A stretch of 63,113 nt of DNA, counting the filler, from Guillardia theta CCMP2712 (Eukaryota > Protista > Cryptophyta): the NCBI RefSeq assembly GCF_000315625.1. It is 4 parts of 4 records of this genome, joined end to end, with 100 filler letters (N's around TTAATTAATTAA, not from the genome) between each part and the next. Parts side by side here need not be neighbours in the genome. Positions count along the whole stretch, not along the records: positions 23,998 to 44,100 come from NW_005434418.1; positions 44,201 to 60,964 come from NW_005434333.1; 2 more parts are not named here. The stretch is one strand, 5' to 3'. Below are positions 36,919 to 50,200 of the stretch, piece by piece (positions within the stretch are counted from its first letter, which is position 1; each line of letters starts with the position of its first letter). The position numbers and the translations under genes were made by a program. The notes beneath the pieces were generated by a model. It did not search any database, had not been told where the DNA came from, and was given only the letters and a program-made list of their open reading frames with translations.

Positions 36919-37503
36919 GAGGGAAGGAGGGAAGGAGGGTAACAAGCTTGCAGGACTACAATATGCTGGATAATCTCTTCATCTTCCCCGGGAAGGACCC
37001 GATGTGGGGCAGGAGCTTCTTGCACGTGCTGATCTCCTTGCTCGTCATCATGCTGGCGGTAAGGGCCAGCTGGGAGTCTGCTGGGCCTCTGACGGGGCGC
37101 AGGTGCTGATTGTTACCTACTTCCTCGAGAAGCGCAAGGACGAGACGGGAGAGCATCCGCTGGTAGGAGGAGGGGGGTTTAGGTGGAGAGGGAGAGGAGG
37201 GGAGGAGAGGAGGAAGGGGGAAGGAGAGGGGAGAGAAGGGAAGGGAGGAGGAGAAGGGGAGGAGGGGATGGGGATGGGGAGCAAGGGTGCTGAGGATTGA
37301 ATGTGATGGTCGTGCAGGATAACTGGATCCAGAGCTTACGGGAGGCCTGGCAGACGGTAAGGAGGAGCAGAGGAGGAGGGGGGGGACGAGAACGAGGAAG
37401 GAGGGGGGGAGGGGGGAGGAAGGCGGAGGAGGGAGGAGGGGAAGTGAGTTTTTCTTCAGCTCTCCACTACATGTGCCGACTGGTGGCAGCAGACTTTCTC
37501 TAG
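36162..37503 (+). CDS. Multi-exon single-pass membrane protein with acidic low-complexity region
   Basis: Phase-0 exons join as ..CCDDEGNCHKCPGPDE | DYNMLDNLFIFPGKDPMWGRSFLHVLISLLVIMLA | VLIVTYFLEKRKDETGEHPL | DNWIQSLREAWQT | LSTTCADWWQQTFS-stop. Confidence 0.6.
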
Positions 37504-37808
37504 GAACGGGACAGAGGCGCAACCGATTGTGTGAAGAGTATGACAAGTAAAAGAACAAGGAAAAAGATAAAACAAAGCTGAGAAAAGGAGCAGGGAAAGG
37601 AGGTAAGAGGAGGAGGAGGAGGCGGTGGGGAGGGGACGCTGGAGATGAAGAGAAGGGAGGCGATCAGCAGGAGGGAAGTGGAGGGGAAGGAGAAGAAGAA
37701 GGGGCAGATGAGGAGAAACGAGGGAGGGTAGAAGACAGGAAGAGGAGGAAAAGGAGATAGGAGGAGGGAGGAGGCAGAAGTGTACAACAGGCTGGAGATG
37801 TTATCCCT

Positions 37809-39312
37809 CTAGTACTTTCGTATCAAGGCCTCCAGGACCTTGTTGGGAATGAGTTTGGTGCCGGGGAAAGGAAGGTTGGTGACGGGCGAAGTCAAGTCCA
37901 TGCTCTTGAAGCGCTTCTCTATCTCCTGCCGCTGCGATGGGTGAGACAACAGGAAGGAGGGAGAAGAGAGGAGGGCGATGAAGGTAGGGAGGGAGGGAGA
38001 AGAGGAGAGGGAGGGAGAAGAAGTGAGGAAGAGTGGGACTGGGGGAGGGAAGGAGGAGGGAGTAGGGGAAGACAAGGAGGAGGACGCGGGGAGAACCTCG
38101 TAGGTGAAGCCGTCGGACGCGATGACTGGCTCCTTGAAGATCGTCTTTGAGATCGGGCAGAGAAACTCTGCAGGGATGCGTCTGTCCTCTCCAGCTGGGG
38201 TGAGCTGCTGGGCTGAGCTGGGCATGTCCCTGCTCAGCGTCCGCATCGCCTCCAGACCCTCCTCCTCCGACAGCCAGCGCTCGAACGTGGCCCACCACTT
38301 GACCGTCGGCTTGTTCTCCTCTATCCTCAGCACCTGAGCATGCAGCGTTAAGTGCTGCTGTTGCTCCTCCTCTCTTCCCCCCTCCCCCCCACCTTTCCCT
38401 CCCCCACTGACCATGCTCCTGCTCCCGCCTCTGTCCCTGCCCCTCCTGCTTCTCCTCTCCCTCTCTGCTCCTCTCTCCCCATTCCTCGCTCATCCTCGCT
38501 CACCTGCACGAATCGGACGTACCACGCAGGGCTGAAGCCAGCCCCGTCATGGCGCAAGTGGACGGCGGTGAGGTCGCCCAGGTCGGAGGAGGAGAAGTCG
38601 AACGAGTCTGTCCTCTTGGTCTGGAAGTCGAGCTCGTTGTTCTCTAGCGCTGCGTTGAGCAGCGTGCCGTCCTTTCCTATCAAGTCCATCCGCACGTTGG
38701 CGGTGGTGCCGGAGCCCCTGGTGTGCCCTGTGGCAACGACGACGCGGTAGAGGATGCTGGGGTCTTTGTCCTTGGACAGACAGTGGCGGGCAAGCGATTG
38801 GACCTCCTCGTCTTCTTCCGTTGACCTCTGAAGAGAGAGAGAGGAGGGAGAGAGAGGAGGGAGAGGCGGGAGAGAGAGGAGGGAGGGAGAGGCGGGAGAG
38901 GAGGGAGGGAGAGGAGGAAAGTGAAGACAAACGGAGTGAGGAATGATGCAGAAAGGTAGGAGGTTGTAGAGTAGGATATGAAAAGGAAAAACATCAGAAA
39001 AATCATCCACCATCCTCTAATTCCTTCTACTCTCCTCCTTCCCTCCTCCTCCTCCTCCTCCTCCTCCTCCTCCTCCTCCTCCTCCTCCTCCTCCTCACCT
39101 GCATGACGGCACTTGCCATCGAGTGGGTCTGGGCGGTTCCCTTGAGCCACTGATTGCACTCGAACAATTTCCACCCGCTCTCCAAGATCGATCTCCGCAC
39201 GAACACCCTCCTCAGGAACCAAGAGTCCGACGACCTAGGGCACAGGTTCAACCAACTAACCTTTTCATGCTCGTCCTCGTTCTCGTCCTCCTTTCTCACT
39301 CCCCAGCCTCGT

Positions 39313-39389
<77 letters not shown>

Positions 39390-40960
39390 TCTTCACTCCC
39401 CACCTCATCTCCTCCTCCCCTCACCCATCCTCCTCAACTTCTCACCCATTCCTTCCCCCCCGCTCTCGCCCCATCCTCAACTTCCTTTGCCTCCACCTCA
39501 TCCCTCTCCCCCCCCTTTCCCCCGGCTCCCTCCTCCTTACTGCAAGCTGTCGTGCCCGATGTGCAGCTCCAGCAGTTCCCCAAGGTCTCCGACGCGGCTC
39601 TGGATGGAGAACATCGCTATACTCCCCTGCTCAGCGAAGGGGTAGCGGTTCCACCCGGCTCGCTCCAGCTGCTTGCTCCCGATGAACCCGTCCTCTTCCA
39701 GCGCAGCCTCGAAATCCTTGGAGCCCAAGGAAGAAAGCAGCCCGTCGTCCACCTCCCTGTTGCTCGACTTGATCCTGACCTCCACGTTGACCCGCTCCAC
39801 CTTGCTCCGAGCTCGTTCCACATGAAGGAGCAGTACGTCCTCCGGCTCCTTCTGCACGAACTTGGCAACGCACTTGACTAGCCGCTGCCTCCAGCTCTCC
39901 GAGAAGCTGGACAAGGACATGGTCAGCTCCATGGGCAAGACGATGAAGTTGGGCAGGACAAGGACGGCGGTCGCCTTGGGTCCCGTCAGCCACGTGATGG
40001 GCAGCTCGTGCTTGCTCCCCACCAGCGAAAACCAGACGTTTGCCGTGCTGCCGGCGCTCCGGCAGTTCCCGGAGACGACCAGGATATCGTATCCTACCGT
40101 CGATCGCTCTTCGGGCAGTGCCAGGGACAAAAGCGTCACGGCGTCTTCCTCCTCTCGCGCCGATGCTTTGCGCTGCTTCTCCTTCTCCTGCTTCTCCTCC
40201 CGCCATCATCCTCAGGAGGCCGCAGCGCCTCGTCCGCGAGCTCTCGCTCCTTCTTCACCTCCCTCAGGTCACTGACCGCCTGCGCTAGCGAGCATGCGAT
40301 CCCGCAGCTCGACTCTGCTTTCCGCAGATATGCGTCCGCACGCTGGGAGGGCCATGCTCGACCGCCCTGCCCCTTCTCCGATGTCCCATGCCCCCGCCTC
40401 TGCCTCCCCCTTCCTAACTCGTTCTCCTTCTCCCCCTCCTCCTCCTCTTCTACCCTCGCACTCTCCTCCTCCTGAGCAGACGGCGGAGGGTTGTCTCCTC
40501 CGATCCTCGACCCGAAGTCTATCGTCCGCTGAGCCTTGAGGATCTGCTTATCTAGCCGGATCCTCTCCACCTTCAGTTGCTTCATCTCCTCCTCCAGCAT
40601 GTCCTTGTAGCGGGTCAGCAGCAGGACGTCATCCAGCAGTGCTCCCCTCGTGTAGCCCTGGAACTCCAGGTGATCTGTGCTGACAAGCTTCTTCAGCGTC
40701 GGCGACTCCGTCATCCTCTGGAGCGCCGCTCCCTTGCTCCCTCCCCCAGCATTCTTGCGCAGGTAAGGAGAGACCTTGTCCTTCTCTGCGAAGGAGAAGT
40801 TCCCATACCGCACAGTCCTGCTCTCCTTGTCCATGGCCGTCATCCTCCTCCCCAGCTTCGCCATCTTGAGCTTGTCAGCGTCAATCGCCGCCCTGGCATC
40901 TTTGTTCTTCAGCTCTAGGGCGATGCAGCTAGAGCAAGGGGCCGAGGTCAGCAAACTCCA
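37809..40960 (-). CDS. Coiled-coil + two PLAT/LH2 domains + C-terminal U-box (putative E3 ubiquitin ligase); 5' end in or beyond gap
   Basis: PLAT: YRVVVATG..GSGTTANV.MDLIG..GDLTAVHLRHDGAGFSPAWYVRFVQV..FERWL and YDILVVSG..AGSTANV..GELLELHIGHD..SWFLRRVFV..CNQWL. U-box: IPAEFLCPISKTIFKEPVIASDGFTYE|RQEIEK..TSPVTNLP...LIPNKVLEALI. Confidence 0.88.
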
Positions 40961-41099
40961 TGCAGAGANNNNNNNNNNNNNNNNNNNNNNNNNNNNNNNN
41001 NNNNNNNNNNNNNNNNNNNNNNNNNNNNNNNNNNNNNNNNNNNNNNNNNNNNNNNNNNNNNNNNNNNNTCGTTTTCAAATGGATTGTCTATTTTTTTGG

Positions 41100-41728
41100 A
41101 ACTATTGCATTTCAATTCCAAGACCTTCAATGTCCAGTAGAAGTGCTTTCCGTCAATGTTCCTCTTCTTGAGGTGGTTTTTGACCCTGTGACCCGAAGCC
41201 ATGACAGAACAGTTCATAGCATTTCATAACTCCATGCGCTATTTTTGTGGAGGATTCTGTAGATCATTCATACGGGCCAAACTATAAGGTATAGCGGCAT
41301 ATGGTTCTGGTTCTGCTTCTAAGGTACGAATTCGAGTTTGTTACACTTGCTCGGATCATGTGCGGGACGCTAAGCCTCCTGGCTGGAAATCTGAGCAGGA
41401 AGAAAAAAGGGAGGGAGGGAGGGAGGGAGGGAGGGAGCATACATTTGCTTCAAGTCGATCAGGTTCTTGATGAGCGTCCCTTTATCCCTTGGGTCCTGAC
41501 GCGACGGAGTCAGTGGGAGGGGAGGAGAACAGGAAGAGAGGGAAGAGTAGGATGTGAAGTTTGAGGTGAGGTGAGGGAGAGGAGAGAAACGAGGAGAAAG
41601 GGGGGGGAGCGGCTCACGTTGTCATCTTTCTCGACAAAGATCCCTGCCCATTCAGCTCTATTTGTGATGAGCTTGTTCTTGTTTGGGCCGTGGGAATGGT
41701 AATCTGCATACCTAGGGGCGATGGACAT
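41100..41728 (-). CDS. Probable exons of unknown protein, possibly the 5' end of the PLAT/U-box gene
   Basis: MSIAPRYADYHSHGPNKNKLITNRAEWAGIFVEKDDN (GTGAGC donor) can join DPRDKGTLIKNLIDL in phase 0. Confidence 0.35.
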
Positions 41729-43129
41729 GCAGAAGGAGCTTCATGCGAGCATGGCTTCCTCCGCCGACCTCGACTGACGTTGCAAACGATCTGAACACAA
41801 GACGTGAGTGGAGTAGATAACACATCGCTCTTTCCTTCCCCTTTACACGCTCTCCTGCTCAGGAGGCCTCACGTCCTCCTCCATAATACTTAGGTCCCCT
41901 CTTCCTTCCTTCCATCTTCCTATCTCCTCCTCCTCCTTTTCCTCTTCTTGCTCCTCCTCCTCCTCCTCCCCTCCTCCTCCTCCTCCTCCTCTCCCTCCCT
42001 TTGCACAACTGTCTTCCCCTTCCCGCCATTTCGCTTCTCGTTCACTACCCCCCACCCCCTTTTCCTAGAAATCCCTGTTGCTATACTACCCTCGGACTCT
42101 CATCACCCCCAATGAATTCCCTCACCCCTCATTGCATATTGAATGTACCCATCAATTAGGATGAAATATTCTCAAATTTGGTACCTACCCCATATTTTAG
42201 GGGAAATCTTGATCAAGTAGGGGTCATCAAAGAACCCCTACCCCCAACATTCACTTTGAAAATTCTTCCGTAAGCTCAGTCATGATCGAAAATGATCCGG
42301 GAAGGGAAATGTGGCGAAGAGAGGGGAGGGGAGGAGAGGAGAGCAGAGGAGGAGGAGAGGAGGAGGAGGAGAGGAGGGGATGGAGTGATTGAGTGAAAGA
42401 AGGGAGGAGGGGAGCAAGAGAGGAAGAGAGGAAGAGAGGAAGGGATGAACGATCGAGGAGTGTAGGGGGGAGGCCAAGGATAAATCGGTGGATGCGGTGG
42501 AGTTCATTCAAGAAGAATGGGATCATTATTCAGCAGAAAATTATCTTTGAAAGATTCTGAGTCTCGGGTGATGAGAAAATCTGTTTTCAAGTCGGCGGCG
42601 GGAAGTGGAGAGGGGACTTCGGGTAGCGATAGGGCTGGGAAAGAGGATATGATGTGTGTACGTGGGGGGGGAGGGTGTCTGAGGGGAGGAGATGACAGAT
42701 AGGAAGAAGTTTGAGAGGAGGATGAAAAGTGAAAGTGTAAACTTGTGACCTCTGCTCCAGGCTGATGTTGAGTGCATACGACGAGCTCTTTGTGCATAGA
42801 CTGAACATCCTCGTTGCTTTTTCGTAAGCAGTTTGATATTATTCTGAAGATCTTTCCTCCCCTCCCCCTCCATCCTTGCACCGCCACTTTCTCCCTCTTT
42901 CCCAGACCTCCTTTTTCTCCTCCTCCTCCTCCTCCTCCTCCTCCTCCTCCCCTGCTTTCCTCAGTTGATCTCTTCAGCTCCCCTTGACCATCTCCCCTTG
43001 TTTTCCTACCCTCTGCTTGCTTCACCTCCATCGTCTGCAGCATGAAGAACAACTCCAACCTCTTGTTCGCTCCTGCAGCCTCCGCCCTGCAGTTCTGCTC
43101 TCACGACAAGAATTCGTTCATCTGACAGC

Positions 43130-43267
43130 ATGCGAGGAAAGATCTTGTTTCTTCTCCTCCTGCGGGCCTTGGCTGCCTCTCCCCACGACCGTGGCCGTCT
43201 TCCACTACCCACCCTCCGACTTACAGGAGGAAGAGCAGGAGCAGGAGCAGGAGCGGGAGCGGGAGCG

Positions 43268-43301
<34 letters not shown>

Positions 43302-43830
43302 ATGGCGTACAGCACAACGTGAAGATCCTCAGGTTATGTGCGTTAGCGTGCCAGGCTGCCTACCATGTTGACTTCCACGAGTACGTCGACTCAGTCCGGA
43401 TGCAGGGCCCCTCCTCCTTCCTGGAGAAGCACTGCAGAGGGGAGGAGACGAGGCTCACTGTGGAGTCGGCGACCAAGTACTGGACGCTGTGCAGGACCGA
43501 GGACGGTCTGCGGATCTTGGCATGGAGGGGTACGAACGCCAAGAACATTGAAGACATCATCACGGACCTGGACTGCCTCCCGGCCGAAGTTCCGGAGCTG
43601 GCGGAGGGCAGCGTACATCCAGGGTTCCTGTCCCGGGCAAGGAGCATGGACTATGGTTGGCTGACGAAGAAGGTTCAAGAGTCAGAGCAGATGATTGTTT
43701 GCGGGCACTCGCTCGGGGGAGCGGCGGCCACCCTGTGCAGCACGCTGCTGTCTGCCTCGCTGCAGAGGTACAAGGCGGAGATCAGGAACCATGTGCTGGG
43801 CAAGGTGCTGCTGACCTGGCCCGCTCGCTC
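43130..43830 (+). CDS. Class 3 (fungal-type) lipase, alpha/beta hydrolase; 3' truncated by gap
   Basis: Signal-like MRGKILFLLLLRALAA, LAWRGT, DIITDL, VHPGF and nucleophile elbow CGHSLGGAAA. Confidence 0.9.
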
Positions 43831-45599
43831 CTTCCTTCCTCTCCCTTGCTGGGGAACGCTCAATCTTTTCCTCCTCCCTCCTCCCTCCCCTGACCTTCGA
43901 TCCCTTGCCACCAACACCATCCTTTCCTCGTCCTCGTTGGCTCTCCTCCCTGGCCTTCTCCTCTCCCTCTGCTGCTCTCGCCTGCTCGCCTGCTCCTCCC
44001 TCCCTCCCTCCCTCCCTCCCTCCCTCCCTCCCTCCCTCCCTCCCTCCCTCTCTCCCTCCTTGCTTCTTCCCCGCAGTGCTAACGGGTGTTCCAAGACTGC
44101 NNNNNNNNNNNNNNNNNNNNNNNNNNNNNNNNNNNNNNNNNNNNTTAATTAATTAANNNNNNNNNNNNNNNNNNNNNNNNNNNNNNNNNNNNNNNNNNNN
44201 CATGCCGTAAGCCATGGGCTGCTGCGGTACGTTGCAGCATTAACCAGCATGGGAGCAGCGGCTGAGTAGGGCTGAGGCAGTTAGACAGGCCCCATCTCCT
44301 CTTGTACCTTATGCCTGCGAGCATTCGGCGCGAGGAGCATTGTAGGCGAGCAGGCCGAGCAGAGCTGTTCCTACCACGCCGCGCGATGACGCATCCGATG
44401 ATGGCTCCGATGTTCTGACATCGCGCTGGAGTCGTCGAAGAGCTCGCGCTCGCTGGTGTGGACGCTGGTGAAGAGTCCCCAAGGAGCACGGCAAGCTTGC
44501 GCGGGTCTGTCTTCCAAGCAAACATCGTGAGGGTGGCAGATAGGTGAAGCAATGATGAGGAGGAGGAGAGGGAGAGGAGGAGTTCAACTGCAACCATAGC
44601 CACATTTCCGTTACAAATATCTTGGTGTAACGGTCAGCACTTGTAGAGTCAGTGATGGGCGACGATGTTGTGATTCACTTTACCAGATGGCGTGTACACC
44701 AGCTAGCATTACTGAAACAGCTGCAAAAGCTTGTTACACACCCCTCCCCTTCATCACCCCCACCCCCTTATTTGGTTCTGTTGACCCACCCAAAGTCCAA
44801 CCTCTTCTGTGGTATCATTCACCCCACCCCCTGGTTCTCCAGGGAATGAGCGTTACGACCCTCTCTTCCGTCTATCACCTCCTTCGCAGCCCCCTACCCC
44901 CTCTGCTTAATTTTTCATCCACCCCCACCAGTTCTTTCAGCTATTCCTGAAGCTTTGGACCACCCGTGTCTTTGTACCCCTACCCCCTGTAGCCTACCTA
45001 TCCGCCGCAATCATCATTATTACTAGGAAGTTCAGACGCTTCCTTCGTTTTAGAGGAGGCCATGGTTGAGGAGGAGGAGGAGGAGGAGGAGGAGGAGGAG
45101 GAGGAGGAGGAGGGAGGAAGGAACGGAGAAAGGAAGGAAGGAGAAGAGAGACGGAGGGGAAACCAAGGAAGCGAAAAGAAGGGGTTGGGAAGTGGAAAAG
45201 GTTAAAGTTAGCAGTAAATGCTGGTTCTGCAAGATTGGAATGAATAGGAAGACGAGGAGAAGAAGAGAGGAGGAGTGGGGAGCAGGAGGAGGATGAAAGA
45301 AGAGTATGAATACACCGTTGTTCTGCTTGGGGTTCTCCTGGATCGAGTGTTATGTAGGGTTTGAGGACAACAAAAGGCAAACGAATAGAAGCTGACATAG
45401 AAAAACCGTGCAGGGCATATGAGAAAATGCCAAGAACGATAGATTGTGAAGAATACACAAGGAGTTGATTCTTCCAACATTCTGAGGACATCGAGAATCT
45501 GGAATTTGTGATGCTTGCATGATACATCGTTGATCATACCATGATGTTAGGTACCAAGTTGTGAATGCTATCAGGGAGCTGTTCTATCTCCCATCAAAA

Positions 45600-45633
<34 letters not shown>

Positions 45634-45700
45634 CGCTCTCCCTTGATCGTTAAAGATCAGCTTCAAACTCCCGAAATCACTAATCGAGACATCTGTTCAA

Positions 45701-47235
45701 ATGTCGAATCAACGAGCAAAAGCTCGCACAGCCATAGAGGAGCCAGACAGCACAGAGCAAGGCATTCAAGACTTGCAAGAGGCTTACTCGCAATCCAACG
45801 AGGCGATGGCGTCGCAGGAAATGAAGGATGTGTCCGAGCATGTGAATGAAATCCTTGCAAACAACAATGCTGAGGGCACGAAGGCCGGAGACATCGGTCA
45901 GACGATCTTAGATCAGGTCAAGGACAAGACAGGGGTCGACCTGCAGTCTGACGATCTACGCAACAAGGCCGGAGACATCGGTCAGACGATCGTAGATCAG
46001 GTCAAGGACAAGACAGGGGTCGACCTGCAGTCTGACGATCTACACAACAAGGCCGGAGACATCGGTCAGACGATCGTAGATCAGGTCAAGGACAAGACAG
46101 GGGTCGACCTGCAGTCTGACGATCTACGCAACAAGGCCGGAGACGTCGGTAAGACGATCGTAGATCAGGTCAAGGACAAGACAGGGGTCGACCTGCAGTC
46201 TGACGATCTACGCAACAAGGCCGGAGACATCGGTCAGACGATCGTAGATCAGGTCAAGGACAAGACAGGGGTCGACCTGCAGTCTGACGATCTACGCAAC
46301 AAGGCCGGAGGCATCGGTCAGACGATCGTAGATCAGGTCAAGGACAAGACAGGGGTCGACCTGCAGTCTGACGATCTACGCAACAAGGCCGGAGACGTCG
46401 GTCAGACGATCGTAGATCAGGTCAAGGACAAGACAGGGGTCGACCTTCAGTCTGACGATCTACGCAACAAGGCCGGAGACGTCGGTCAGACGATCGTAGA
46501 TCAGGTCAAGGACAAGACAGGGGTCGACCTTCAGTCGGAGGAAGCGAAGGCGGCAGTCAGCGCGATGGGCGGGGCGGTGGTCTCCCTCGCCGTGGAGGAG
46601 CAGCTGAGAAGCTTCTGTCAGAGCTCGGATTGCCAGGAGGTGCAGGAGGCGGTCGGGAGGGAGCTGGTGAAGGTCGCGGGGATGCTGGGTGAAGTTCAGA
46701 TCCCCTTCAGCCTTGACAGTGTCGTCGGAGCCTTCGGGGTGCTGGGAGACGTCGCGTACGCATGCCCGATGTTGGCACCGGTCGGGCTGATCCTGGTGGG
46801 GGGTCTCGAGCGCTTGCAAGCAGGCCAAGTACAACCGAGAGCAGGCGGACTTCATGCGGGAGCGAGTCGATGGCATCTCAGCGACGATGAAGCGACTGAG
46901 CGCGAACCTGCAGCAGAAAGGAGCCAAGGACAGCGCGTCTGTGCTGGAGCCTCTGCTGGAGGTTCTCAAGGAGGCGTTCGAGTACATCTCGCGGATCACG
47001 AGACGAGGTTTCATGAAGTCGCTCTTCACCTACTCCGCCGACAGAAAGACTCTGCAGCAGCTCGACAAGCAGATCACTGACGCCACCAAAGCCTCCATCT
47101 CGCGTCGCCAACGAGCAGGTCGGTAGACGAAACGAATGCTGCTGATGGAGATGATGATGATGATGGTGATGATGATGGTGGTGATGGTGTTGTTGTTGAT
47201 GATGGAGACGGTGTTGTTGATGATGGTGATGATGA

Positions 47236-47276
<41 letters not shown>

Positions 47277-50200
47277 ATGATGATTCGAAGGGCTTCGATT
47301 GATGAGCGTGTGTTTGCAGTTGGAGCTCAGCCTGCAGATGGACGAGAAGCTTGTGCGAATGATGGCGATGCTGGAGAAAGGAGTCCCAGCAGGTTGCAAG
47401 GAGCCAGCGCAGATAGATGCGAAAGTGCTGGTGGAGATTGCAGAGCGATCAGGATGTAAGATGGCGAGTGAGATGAAGGAAGAGATCGAATCGATGAGCG
47501 AGGCGATGATGAGTAAGCTTCTTGTCTTGTCTTGCCATGTCTGCTCACCATCGCATTCTTAGAGCACATGGAGCAAGTCACCGCAGCGGTCAGTGCGATC
47601 CAGGACAAGCTGCACGACATGGACAGGAAGAGCGACGTACATCACGAAGAAGACATGCTTGCTCACCAGAAGACCCAGTACATGATCGCTGAGGGCAACG
47701 TGGAGTCCAAGAAAGCAGCAGCGCAGACGCTGCAGGCCGTCATGTCGATAGCGGCGAGGAGCGGAGGGGTTCAGCCCAAGTGGAGCTCGAAGCGAGAGGC
47801 TGAGCTGCTCACCAAGGAAGCGACTCACTACATCGACTGCACGTCCGACGTCGCCATCCTCACCCTCCACCAGGATGGGATCGGGATGGACGAGCGACAG
47901 CTGCAGAGCGAGTTCAAGCGGATGGACACAAACAGGAACGGATACCTGAGCATCCTGGAGCTGAAGGCGGGTCTACGACGCTGCAAGAACATGAGCGTGG
48001 AGGAGGTAGAAGACCTGTTCTTGGCCTATGACTTCAACCAAGACGGCAACATCTCTCTCTCTGAGTTCATCTCCTTGAAACGTCCCAACCTCGAGGGCCA
48101 GCAGGGCCAGCAGGGGGAGGACGGGGAGAACTTTGCGGGCACGTGCGGTCAGATGGGAGAGCCGACCAGGAACGGCGAGCCAGGGCAGGACGGAGGAGAC
48201 GGGCAGAGCGGACTGGACGGGGCGAACGGGCTGGACCTGATGGACTTCGAGGTGATGCTGGAGTTTGTGAGGGAGGACCTGGAGGCCCGAACGCGCACGT
48301 ACCGTATCGAGCACTCCGGACCCAAGGGGAAGGTGATGAAGGAGGTGGAGCTGCCGTACCCCGAGGGCATCCTGTATGTCAACGCTAGAGGAGGGAGCGG
48401 AGGACAGGGAGGGAGGGGAGGCAGCGGAGGCGACGGAGGTAACGGAGGAGACGGAGGGCGAGGAGAGCAGAGTACGAGTGGAGGGGACGGAGGAGACGGA
48501 GGGGACGGAGGAAATCCAGGGAGGGGAGGATGCGGCGGGAACGGAGGAAACTCGTCGAGGGTGAAGATCAACACCAACGATCCTGCGCTGCTGATGCTGG
48601 TCAAGGTGGATGTGTCGGGAGGCGCTCCGGGGCAGGAGGGGAGGCATGGGAACCCAGGAAGAGGAGGGAGGGGCGGGAGGGGAGGAGAGGGAAGCGTATA
48701 CTATGAATCGGGTTCGACAGGACAGGGAAGCTTGTCCATCACGATGCACTCGAGCAAGGGCAAGGACGGGAGGCCGGGCAAGAACGGGAAGCCAGTGCGG
48801 GACCGGACGGGGAAGTACACCGGGCTGTCGGGGAGAGCAGGCCAGTGCTCCTACTGCATCTACAACGAGCTGGGGTTGAGCGAGACGAGCGGGTATCCTT
48901 ACAGGCTCTGCTTCGACAACAAGCAGATCGCCAAGCTCCGGCCTGTCCCCTACACCTACCGCTCGCTGTGCCCTGACGACGACTTCCTGGTGTACGGGGA
49001 GGCGGTCAGGTACGGCCCCTGCTCGCCCATCAACGTGGGCGGGCTTGCATGCCCGCCATGCACCCTGCAGGGGCAGCTGTTGATAGCTGGGGAGGCAGTG
49101 GGAGAAGGGGAGACGAAGTTTCCGGCCATCGAGGCATCGGTGGGGACCAAGTACGGGAGCACAAGCGCGAGCTTTCACGTGGACGTGACCGTCTCGAAGC
49201 TTATCCGAAGAATGCTGGCGCTGCCGCCTCCGACCGAGTACCCCTGGTGACTCCTCCTGTCCCTCCTGTCCCTCCTCCTCCCTCCCCTCCCTCCATCTCC
49301 CTCCTCCTCCATCCTCCTCCCTTCTCTCCCTCCATCTCCCTCCTCGTCCCTCCTCCTCCCTCCTCTCCCTCCTCTCACCTCCTCTCTAACCGCCTTCTCC
49401 TCCCTCCGCTCCCTCCTCGTCCTCCTCTCCCTCCTCTCTTCCTCTCTCGCTTGTCTGTGCCCTTCTCACATGCAGCTCAGGCCATGGCAGTGGAGCAAGC
49501 TTCCGAGGCGGGAAGGAGTCCTGCAGCTGCGGTGGGCGGTGGAGTCGCTTCCGTTCCTGAGGATCCAGGAGGACGCGGAGAACAATCTCAACGTGGACAA
49601 GAAGTATCCTGTCGCCTTCGACGTACCTCTGAGGATCCGGCAGAACGAGCTCAAGGCTGGCATCTCCGGCCCCGTGGTGATCGAGGCCGAGGGGAGCAAC
49701 GGCTTTTCTCTCGAGCTCGAGAACAAGTTGTCGTCCTGTGCTGTAGACGCAGACACGTTCGAGCTCGTCCTACGAGTCGCTGCCAACGGCCTCAACACCG
49801 TCATCGAGACGGACGACCTGGCGGTGACGGAGGTGGAGGAGGAGAAGGAGGGGGCCGTGATAGTCAAGCTGTTCCGCTACAGCCTTCCTCGCATGGAGAA
49901 GCAGAGCCGTCTCCAGCTCGCCTTCAAGCTTTGCTTCCCCGACGCTCCTTCTCCCGGCCAGTGGGTCTGCGTGCGGCCGGAGCTCTGCTGGGAGGGCAGC
50001 ATCGTCGAGCACGCGCTCCCGCACCAGATGCGCGTCAGCCCGTCGCTGCCGCCGGAGAGAGGAAGCGTCAAGGACGTGGTGTTCTTTGCAGGGAGAGAGA
50101 TCACAGCCGAAGACTTCCTCCTCCTCGCTCGCCTCTGCGACCTCCTCGGCCGACGAGCTTACTTCGTCGACTGCGAGCACTACGGGGACGAGCTGGGCTT

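Noticed and set aside
42250-43060. Possible minus-strand exons (also 44200-44540 and 45290-45540)
   Set aside because: Could be coding, but no consistent model or motif could be supported.
45881-46536. CRISPR-like array
   Set aside because: Head-to-tail units with no unique spacers, in frame within a CDS, and no cas genes.
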